From the NCBI GenBank assembly GCA_003194435.1, contig PQXC01000006.1, positions 3,981 to 67,980 of the forward strand: a stretch of 64,000 nucleotides of DNA, read 5' to 3'. A program made the translations under genes and the position numbers. This DNA comes from Candidatus Methanophagaceae archaeon (GTDB taxonomy: Archaea > Halobacteriota > Syntropharchaeia > Alkanophagales > Methanospirareceae). Numbering within the stretch: position 1 is the first letter of the stretch; every line of letters starts with the position of its first letter. This document shows, piece after piece, positions 1-7,242 of this stretch. The notes below the pieces were generated by a model that was not told where the DNA came from, searched no databases, and saw only the letters and a program-made list of their open reading frames with translations.

Positions 1-1110
1 AGCATTGAGAGCGATTACATACATTGCATGTGCCCATACAAGTGGGCATACCGATTTCTGCAACCTGTTGGCAAATATCTGCTCAGGGATATAAGGCTTT
101 TCCAATCGGTTCAGGACCCAATCATGGTACATCTTTGCTTTTCCAGGCTCTCCCTTCCTCTTATAATATATTGCCATCCAGAAGTTCAATAAAGGCCATG
201 CACCTGCACCCTTACGTCTTACATCGCCGTTCACCATCCACCCATCATATACATCGTTTTCATATCTGTGGACACCTGCACCGTCATGCACTATTCTCCG
301 TTCCATTGCTCTCACTGTGTTCACCATCCGCTCGTCCTGAGCAGAACATACCTCAAATGGATATACCAGTCCAAGTAGAGAGGCATCAACCACATAATCA
401 TTTATCTCGCCAAAAGTGCGGAGGAAATAGCCATGTGAAGGGTCGGGGTCATATGCTCTTTTCAGACTGTTTTCCATCTGTGAAGCGCACAGCAGCCACT
501 TTTTATTCTTATTCTTATTGTTATTATTCTTATCCCCGTTCATCAGCTCGTTTGCGTATCTGAGCCCACACATACAGGCAGCTATCGAATACGTGTGGTT
601 GTCCCCGATATCAGGGTATGTACTTCGCTCTTCCCAGAGGTCGAATGTCGGGATGAGAAAGTGGTTCCTGTACCAGTGTTTGCAGATACCATCTGCCACT
701 TTCGATATCAGTTCTTTGAAGTCCTTCATCGCTTCCTCTTGCTCTCGCTCTTGCCTGTAATTATAATGGTGCCAGATAGCCCACAATAAGGTGCCTGCCT
801 GGTCAGGCTGGAACTGTTCCCCTGCTCTTGCGCCATTTGTGTGATACCGCTGGAAGAAGATACCGTCTGGTGCTTCCGCGCGCTCCATGCACCACTGGAA
901 AAAATCTGCCTGGATATCTAATCCCAATATGTCCGCAGCCACACAGATGAAAGAAGCATCCCTGAGCCACACGTACCGATAGGACGTGACATCGCGGGGA
1001 TAGTATTTCATATCAGTGTTAGCCGCGACTATCGCGCCATTTTCCACTACCGCATCTTTTATCACCCTTCTTGATGCCTCCAACAATGCTTCTCTGGTTA
1101 CCATTTTCAT
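1..1110 (-). CDS. Glycoside hydrolase family 15 (glucoamylase/trehalase-like); 3' end runs off the window
   Basis: Not in the ORF track. Manual translation from ATG 1110, which overlaps the upstream stop as ATGA: MKMVTREALLEASRRVIKDAVVENGAIVAA...YRYVWLRDAS...QPDQAG...DLWEER...VDASLLGLV...PLVWAHAM. These are GH15 motifs. Confidence 0.85.
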   Translation of the reverse strand, partial: MKMVTREALLEASRRVIKDAVVENGAIVAANTDMKYYPRDVTSYRYVWLRDASFICVAADILGLDIQADFFQWCMERAEAPDGIFFQRYHTNGARAGEQFQPDQAGTLLWAIWHHYNYRQEREQEEAMKDFKELISKVADGICKHWYRNHFLIPTFDLWEERSTYPDIGDNHTYSIAACMCGLRYANELMNGDKNNNNKNKNKKWLLCASQMENSLKRAYDPDPSHGYFLRTFGEINDYVVDASLLGLVYPFEVCSAQDERMVNTVRAMERRIVHDGAGVHRYENDVYDGWMVNGDVRRKGAGAWPLLNFWMAIYYKRKGEPGKAKMYHDWVLNRLEKPYIPEQIFANRLQKSVCPLVWAHAMYVIALNA

Positions 1111-2189
1111 TCAAAGACTCGACTCAAACTTAGCAGATGCTTATTACCGATATTAACATATTTGAGATGCCTCTTTGCCGCTTCATAGCAGCGCAAGACC
1201 TGTTCACGTGGCGTTACTGGCATATCGCGCATATAAAAAGCAGGATGGAAGACGAGCAGAGAATAAGGTATTCGTGGATCAATATCAGCGATGAACCGTG
1301 CGATATTCTCAACCTCCTGCGCGTCTACATAGAAAGGCACGAGTAAAGTGGTGGCGGTGAGAACAGGGGTTGAAGACGCAGACGCGGAGACTGCAAAGAA
1401 CTCATCAGCAATGAGCTTGAAGTTCTCGTATGCTCGCTCGTTAGGAACACCGCTGAGTGCGAGACTGAGGTTCGGGTTGAAGGCTTTGAGGTCGAATTTC
1501 ACTATCCCACCACTGGCTGATGACAGTTCCGCTGCCTGGCGCACCAGATTGGTGGAGCCACAGCCGTTCCATTCCCAGCATATTCGCAAGTCCCGCCCAC
1601 GCTCCCGCTCATCCAGAATCCTGCGTGTGGCATGGATAGCAAAAGGAAGCTGGGGCTCGGGACTACCACCAAAGTAACAGATACAGTATGCGTTCTCACG
1701 TCGCAGTACAGCGGACACGAAATCATATTCGCTCATCGCCCTCGCAGCAGCGAGATTCTTATGCGTTTCGTTCTGACAGAAGATGCAATTGAAATTGCAG
1801 CCATAGAAGAATACTGCGACATTCACTTTCCCGGATTGTGAAGAGCCGGGGCAGAACCAGGCGGCGCAGCAATTTGTCGGTAGTGGGTCATAATACACAT
1901 GCATGAGCGCATAGCCTTCGGGCACAGAAGAGACCAATCGCCCATTTATATTGGCTCTAAGACCGCAATAGCCCCTCTCTCCTTCACCCATCTTACATTC
2001 ATTTGCGCACAGACCACAGGTTATACCACCCTTTGTCTTTGGTGGACTGCTCACAAGTTTATATGCCGCTCTTATCTTTGCATGCGCTTCTTCAATATAC
2101 TCCATTCCCTTTCCACGGCGTATGCAATCGGCACAGACACGTAGAGTTGCTGATGCTTTTCTTTCACCACATATCGCACATCTTATCAT
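1107..2189 (-). CDS. Radical SAM protein, PFL-activase-like/AmmeMemoRadiSAM type
   Basis: CNFNCIFC motif, N-terminal CGLCANEC...GYCG, C-terminal FHPAFYM. Confidence 0.85.
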   Translation of the reverse strand: MIRCAICGERKASATLRVCADCIRRGKGMEYIEEAHAKIRAAYKLVSSPPKTKGGITCGLCANECKMGEGERGYCGLRANINGRLVSSVPEGYALMHVYYDPLPTNCCAAWFCPGSSQSGKVNVAVFFYGCNFNCIFCQNETHKNLAAARAMSEYDFVSAVLRRENAYCICYFGGSPEPQLPFAIHATRRILDERERGRDLRICWEWNGCGSTNLVRQAAELSSASGGIVKFDLKAFNPNLSLALSGVPNERAYENFKLIADEFFAVSASASSTPVLTATTLLVPFYVDAQEVENIARFIADIDPRIPYSLLVFHPAFYMRDMPVTPREQVLRCYEAAKRHLKYVNIGNKHLLSLSRVFE

Positions 2190-2308
2190 CTTTTCTTATA
2201 TTTTATGATATTGATATTGAGCAATTACAATTAAAATTAAAATGCTCGTTTGCGTTCCTGTATGTGGCTCAAAAGTTTCAACTGGTAAGTCAACACTTGC
2301 TATATATT

Positions 2309-2363
2309 GCCTAACTGTTTCGGTGTATGCAAAGTGCGAGATGCTATCTATTATGTGTTATAC
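2309..2363 (-). repeat. attC-like site (degenerate)
   Basis: Minus strand reads GTATAAC...gcatacaccgaaaca-GTTAGGC. The right arm resembles the gcataccc(a/g)caaa..GTT arms at 4056-4077 and 24809-24830. Confidence 0.55.
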
Positions 2364-2614
2364 CGATTTTTGATGCCTTCTCTCTTCACCTCTCACGATC
2401 ATACCCAACGAACTCTTAATATTTAAGATGTAAGCAATCAGTAAAATCTTAAGCGAAGAAAGTTTAATTGTGCAATACAACACATATCTTTTCTCCTGCT
2501 TAACGATCTTTACCTACGACAAATTTAGAACTGGAAATAAGTTACTTTCCCACTCCAGCAGTCGAACCCATAACCTTTTTAGAGGAGGTAAGAATCAGGT
2601 AATGCACCCCACTC

Positions 2615-3035
2615 CTTGCCGAAGTTTCACTCTCATCAGGAACTCCATCCCTCTCTTTCCAAACAGGTCACTGAATTCCGATGTCTGTATTCCCTCTATT
2701 GCCAGTAATGTGTGCACCCCAGTTCTTTATTGAAGTCCTTAAACGAACAAGACTCGCATGATGCCAAATCATAACTCTCAGGTCCCTCATCTCTTTACCC
2801 GGAACATAGCTCTCCGGCAAGTAATCCATCCTCAACAATTGCGCTAACACTCTGGCATCCACCCTGTCTGTCTTCACATGCTTCTTTGCAAATGGCTTGA
2901 GATAAACCGGATGTGCCAAATGCACTTCTATCCCCCTTTCATCCAGGTATTCATAGATGCCTCGATCGCTACTTTTGCGCCTTCAGGCAACTCACTCCCA
3001 AATTCGTCCAAACCTTCATTCAATCCTATATACAT
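2615..3035 (-). pseudogene. IS110-family transposase remnant (internal deletions, frameshifts)
   Basis: GGAGG RBS, then MYIGL...VAIEAS; HLAHP...KTDRVDARVLAQLLRMDYLPESYVP...RDLR...SLVRLRTSIKN; then DLFGKRGMEFL in another frame. Confidence 0.85.
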
Positions 3036-3081
3036 ATGCACCTCCTTCTTCCCTATTTATAAGGAGGTGTTTTTCATGTAG

Positions 3082-3132
3082 TCATTTTTTCTTATTTCTT
3101 AACTTACTGTCTACTTTTAGGGGTGCACCCCA
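3082..3132 (-). mobile_element. Solo left end of the IS3-family element found intact at 27689-29033
   Basis: Reverse complement TGGGGTGCACCCCTAAAAGTAGACAGTAAGTTAAGAAATAAGAAAAAATGA is identical to 27689-27739. Confidence 0.9.
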
Positions 3133-3134
3133 AC

Positions 3135-3267
3135 TACTCTCAAAATTTTGTCGCTTCCCTATCTACATAGGATTTTAGGAGCTTCTGTAACCCTTTTGTA
3201 AACTCTTTTGGCTTATCTGTTTTTCAAGCAGTTTCTTTGTTCTCTCTTGGATTTGTGATTTGTCCAT
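3135..3267 (-). pseudogene. 5' fragment of an AlkD-like DNA alkylation repair gene
   Basis: MDKSQIQERTKKLLEK, then after a frameshift KEFTKGLQKLLKSYVDREATK. Near-identical to 26981-27047 (KEFTRGLQELLKSYVDREATK). Confidence 0.75.
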
Positions 3268-3269
3268 GA

Positions 3270-3800
3270 TCATTTTACCGCACTCCCTGGGCAGATTAAT
3301 CGCATTTTACATTTTGCGCAGGATTTTTTTCTGCCGACTGTTCCGCTATAAAAAGAGATCAAAAGCAGGAGTAATAATATAACAATTTTAAAGAAAGTGA
3401 ATTTCTGAATAAGAGAAATGCTGATTAAGATAAGAGGAATTAAACTTAATAAGCCATAAGTCAAGGGCGCAATTTTTAAACCTAAAGTGTTAGGAAATTT
3501 CTCAATCTCGCCCTTTTTGAAAAATAGAGCAGATAATTTTCCCCAACCTATGCAACACCACTTATCATAATAATAACAATCGGTGCAGACCAATTTTCGT
3601 AGAACAACAAATACCATTACTATTGCAAAGACAAGATAAATCCAAGCAACCACTGGATGAAAAAACCAACAACAAAGAGTTCCTAAAACAATCCAGAGAA
3701 GCATTAGGACATTGCCCAGGATTATGCTACTCTTTGGATATTCTTCTAATCCCTGCTTATAGATTTTTATTTTGTTTTCCATAGCAGTTTTTCCTTTCAT
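3270..3800 (-). CDS. Cys-rich multi-pass membrane protein (cassette gene)
   Basis: About 4 hydrophobic segments; CTDCYYYDKWC and CAKCKMRLIC motifs; preceded by a GTTATAT core at 3865. Confidence 0.65.
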   Translation of the reverse strand: MKGKTAMENKIKIYKQGLEEYPKSSIILGNVLMLLWIVLGTLCCWFFHPVVAWIYLVFAIVMVFVVLRKLVCTDCYYYDKWCCIGWGKLSALFFKKGEIEKFPNTLGLKIAPLTYGLLSLIPLILISISLIQKFTFFKIVILLLLLLISFYSGTVGRKKSCAKCKMRLICPGSAVK

Positions 3801-3862
3801 AAGTTAAATTAAATCTGGATAAATACCTTTTGTTTTTAAAGGCTGGGTTCGGAATTTCATAT

Positions 3863-4062
3863 AACTTCGGTATATCCGCATTGCTGATATATCACATATT
3901 GCACATATACATCCCTCTGGATGAAACTCCTATCTCCTCGATTCTCTTTCCTTTCATCCTTTTGCGCCTCCACCATTCTCTTTCTTAAACAAACTATCTA
4001 ATGGACTTTTTCCTTTTAAATAATTTTCTTTTTTAAGCAGGGCGGAGTGAATTTCGGACAAC
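3863..4062 (-). mobile_element. Deleted integrase relic with putative attI, copy A
   Basis: Homologous to 5020-5285. Starts GTTGTCCgaaattcactc, retains coding sequence for KSPLDSLFKK (about 3981-4010), ends gcggatataccgaa-GTT. Confidence 0.75.
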
Positions 4063-4077
4063 GGTTTGTGGGTATGC
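4056..4077 (-). repeat. attC-like right half
   Basis: gcatacccacaaacc-GTTGTCC matches gcatacccgcaaagc-GTTATAC at 24809-24830. Confidence 0.55.
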
Positions 4078-4320
4078 TACTGAGTCCAAATCATTTGAAC
4101 TTGATAAACTTGTCTTAAATTTCAGTGGATAATACCTTGGATTAATATCTTTGTCTTCAATTCTTTCCGTGTTGATAACTTTTATCCTTAGCTCGCTTAA
4201 AAAGGGTGTTTCTGGATAAGGACCAAATGATAAAACCCCCCATTTGCAGGATGCCATTCATCATTAGAGATTTGCTTATATATAGGAACCATCTTAAACT
4301 TATACCCATAGCACAATGTC

Positions 4321-4372
4321 GCCTAACGTACGGTGGGTATCTGAAGTCCGAGCCGATAGGCGACCGTTGGGC
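4321..4372 (-). repeat. attC-like site (short)
   Basis: GCCCAAC...gacttcagatacccaccgtac-GTTAGGC, 5 bp after the stop of 4378-4986; shares ACTTCAGATAC with the other sites. Confidence 0.7.
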
Positions 4373-4377
4373 ATTCA

Positions 4378-4986
4378 TTATGTGAATATTGATAGTAATC
4401 CAAACACCACCGTTAGAATCATGCCGACAACCGCTAATGGAACAGCCCATTTATTTGTACTTTTTATCTTATTCAGGTCGTCGTTCCTTGCTTGAATTAT
4501 ACTAGCTATTTCAGATAGTTTTCGTTCAACTGCGTCTCTGTTGCCATTCTCAAGATAAGTAGATATATCTATTAAAATACTTCTTTCGATGTCGGGTAGG
4601 TCCGAGTAAGGTGATACTTCTTCAATTTTTTGAATGAAACCTGATATTTTTTCTTTCCACTCTATAAGTGTTTTATCCTCGATAGATTTCTCTATTTCTT
4701 TTGAAATTAATGCGACCATAAATTCTCTAAGCCATCTACTTAAGCGATACCTATAACTTACCTCCTCGCTACTTAAAACACCTATCCCCCTATACACGTT
4801 CTCAATATCGTCTATAGTATTTATCGCCCCAATTTTTAACCCCTCTAAAAGAGCTTTGAAAAATTTCTTTTTGGCTTCATCTCTTTCACCGATTCTTTTC
4901 TTCAATAACAATTGCATTACAAAAGAAGCATATATTGCTGCAAATAGTGCAGTCAAAATATTTATAAAAACATCATACTCCATCAT
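4378..4986 (-). CDS. Hypothetical protein with N- and C-terminal TM helices (cassette gene)
   Basis: 202 aa ORF with RBS, bounded by GTTAGGC at 5022 and an attC-like site. Confidence 0.65.
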   Translation of the reverse strand: MMEYDVFINILTALFAAIYASFVMQLLLKKRIGERDEAKKKFFKALLEGLKIGAINTIDDIENVYRGIGVLSSEEVSYRYRLSRWLREFMVALISKEIEKSIEDKTLIEWKEKISGFIQKIEEVSPYSDLPDIERSILIDISTYLENGNRDAVERKLSEIASIIQARNDDLNKIKSTNKWAVPLAVVGMILTVVFGLLSIFT

Positions 4987-5019
4987 ATCATCTCCTTAGT
5001 TTTAAGCCCAATGTCGCCT

Positions 5020-5285
5020 AACTCCGGTATATCCGCATTACTGCATATATCACTCCCATTTGGTATTATATCTGCAATGCGTATATACATCCCTCTGGAT
5101 GAAACTCCTATCTCCTCGATTTTCCTTCCTTTCATCCTTTTGCCATTCTTTTTCTTAAACAAACTATCTAATGGACTTTTTATCTCCCCTATATCTTTAT
5201 TACTCACATGTGTATATATTTTATTACCTCCTTTTCCTTTAAATAATTTTCTTTTTTAAGCGGGGCAGAGTGAATTTCGGACAAC
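5020..5285 (-). pseudogene. Deleted tyrosine-integrase relic with putative attI, copy B
   Basis: GTTGTCC start, GGAGG RBS at 5227-5231 fused to IYTHVSNKDIGEIKSPLDSL (from 5219), an integron-integrase-type C-terminus with the catalytic Tyr. Followed by hairpin gtatatacgcatt...aatgcggatatac and cgga-GTTAGGC. Confidence 0.8.
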
Positions 5286-5366
5286 GCTCCGGGCGTATCT
5301 GAAGTTCCCCGAAGGGGAATTTTGGCAGAGGTGCGAAGCACTGTAGCCAGATACGCTCTGTTATAC
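5279..5366 (-). repeat. attC-like site (complete, 88 bp)
   Basis: GTATAAC-agagcgtatctg...ttccccttcggggaa-cttcagatacgcccggagc-GTTGTCC; near copy at 25482-25566. Confidence 0.85.
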
Positions 5367-5376
5367 GCCGTGCCTT

Positions 5377-7173
5377 TCATTCACTCACCAAGTTAAGAAG
5401 TTTTTCAACAATTTCTTTAAGCTCGTGATGCGTAGCGCCGTTCTCTTCATATTTATCCATCTCTAAAATCTCATCTACCCTCATATCCTCAATAATTTTA
5501 ATAACATTTTCTCCAAATAACTTTTTCATATCTGTAAACTCATCATATTGTTGTAAAGTCCTACCAGATCTTTGAATGACGTTAGGGTGAAGATAATTCT
5601 CTATTTCACGCTTTCGAAGAATAAAGAAAACACCTCCTTCTCGTTTGCACTGTTCTTTCCAATTAAGTTTCCTTTGAGGAATGCTGTCAGTTTGGCTTTT
5701 ACGGTCGCTATCCACAACAACGGCAAAACGCCGATTTAATCTCTTCATAGCTCTAAGGTCTATCCAATACTTTAAGTTGCTTCCACCTACAGGGATAAAC
5801 CCGATGTCTTTTTCATCAAAATTAGCTTCTATATGCCCCGCTTCTTTTAATTTGGATGCCACTGTTTTCCAAAATATAATGTCGTCATTACCTTCCACAA
5901 AAACACATGCTTTATACCCAGTTATCTGATCTGAAGGTTCGACGCCAAGCTCTTCTGCAATTTTACTTGTATTAAGGTCTGGAGACCGAATAGACCTTGC
6001 TACGCCGCCTTCGCGTACAATCAATGTCAAATCCTCTATTGGCGAGGCTCCCGCAAAGACGGGAGAGTGCGATGTAATAATGATTTGATACCCCATATCT
6101 GCAAGTTGCCTAAAAGAATACGCCAACTCTCTTTGAAGTCCCGGATGTAGATTATTTTCAGGCTCTTCAACCCCAAAAATAAAATTTGATGTATTTTCAT
6201 CTCGTTTTTCAGCTAAATATTGAAAGAAAGCTACCATTAAAAGTCGTCTTATTCCACTACCACGTTTATCAAGGGGCTTTTCAATTCCGCTATTATCCTT
6301 TGCCAGAATATCTATACTTACAGCTTTATCCCACGAAAAAGTCGGTTTAACTCTGAGAGTTGTTAGATCGCTAGTATGCCTTTTGAGTCGTTCAAATATT
6401 TCATCAACTTCTCTCTGAAGTGCCTCTTCTATGGCGCCGGTAAAGTTGCTTCTCACATCTGCAACTTCTTGTTGTTCGGCAGCCATTTTAATTATCGGAC
6501 GAAATGGACTCTGAAACGATGTTTCGCTTACATTGATTTTTGTTTCGGCTTCAAATAATTGAAAATCTGAAAGGTGTGACTTAATGCATTTCCACAGATC
6601 TCCTTTTGGAGAAACAACGAGTTCGAATTCTCCAAGTGGGATCCCTGCTTCATTTGCCTTAGCTCGAAGTTTTTCTCTTTTACTTTTATTAGTTAACCCA
6701 CGTCCTGCTTTTGAGACATCAATACCGGCTTGTTGGCACCGGCTGTTAAGTTCACGTTCTTTTAAGTTTACTAGACCTGCAAAATGTTCATTCTGAAAGT
6801 CCCAAGTAATAAAAGAAATTTTGACTTTAGTAAGGTCATTGCGTGGATATGTTTTCCGAATCCTAAGACGCCCTTCTTGATCGAGTAACATTTCCTCTTG
6901 AAATGATGTTTCAATTCCCTCCTCTATTTGGATCGTTTCTGGGATATCTGTAAAAGCAATTTCAATAATTACATCTTCATCAGGGTTGGCCATGTCATGG
7001 GTATCCTCACTTTCAATTTTAGGTTTATCTTCAAAAAATAATTGAATTGCTCGTAGAATGCTTGATTTCCCGGCATCATTTTTCCCAACTATTGTTGACA
7101 ATGGACCTAAACGTGTCTCTCCTAACACCTTAAACGGGCGATAGTTTCTAATGCTGATGCTATAAATTCTCAT
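5377..7173 (-). CDS. OLD-family ATP-dependent endonuclease (ABC ATPase + TOPRIM), cassette gene
   Basis: Walker A GKNDAGKS, signature RGSG, EEPENNLHP, SHSP, TOPRIM FVEGNDD and DSD, REIENYL; GGAGGTGA RBS before ATG 7173. Confidence 0.85.
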   Translation of the reverse strand: MRIYSISIRNYRPFKVLGETRLGPLSTIVGKNDAGKSSILRAIQLFFEDKPKIESEDTHDMANPDEDVIIEIAFTDIPETIQIEEGIETSFQEEMLLDQEGRLRIRKTYPRNDLTKVKISFITWDFQNEHFAGLVNLKERELNSRCQQAGIDVSKAGRGLTNKSKREKLRAKANEAGIPLGEFELVVSPKGDLWKCIKSHLSDFQLFEAETKINVSETSFQSPFRPIIKMAAEQQEVADVRSNFTGAIEEALQREVDEIFERLKRHTSDLTTLRVKPTFSWDKAVSIDILAKDNSGIEKPLDKRGSGIRRLLMVAFFQYLAEKRDENTSNFIFGVEEPENNLHPGLQRELAYSFRQLADMGYQIIITSHSPVFAGASPIEDLTLIVREGGVARSIRSPDLNTSKIAEELGVEPSDQITGYKACVFVEGNDDIIFWKTVASKLKEAGHIEANFDEKDIGFIPVGGSNLKYWIDLRAMKRLNRRFAVVVDSDRKSQTDSIPQRKLNWKEQCKREGGVFFILRKREIENYLHPNVIQRSGRTLQQYDEFTDMKKLFGENVIKIIEDMRVDEILEMDKYEENGATHHELKEIVEKLLNLVSE

Positions 7174-7242
7174 TCTTTTCACCTCCAAAAAGATTTTTAG
7201 GCATGGCGTATAGCGTAGTATATTTGTTTTTCCACATCGGTC

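Noticed and set aside
500-535. AATAAG-type microsatellite in GH15 as a phase-variation switch
   Set aside because: In-frame, short and imperfect; similar low-complexity loop insertions occur in several genes here.
24-789. Plus-strand ORFs of 179, 80 and 64 aa
   Set aside because: Antisense shadows of the GH15 gene. The same applies to most short ORFs opposite the housekeeping and surface genes.
2400-3075. IS110 bridge RNA, or an attC-targeting IS1111 insertion
   Set aside because: The element is heavily deleted, its ends cannot be defined, and it lies about 250 bp from the nearest att site rather than inside it.
4983-5207. 74 aa ORF as a real gene
   Set aside because: It is the integrase C-terminal relic reading on through the putative attI.
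2309-5366. CRISPR array
   Set aside because: Repeats are long, imperfect palindromes separated by gene-sized, irregular intervals; no cas genes.
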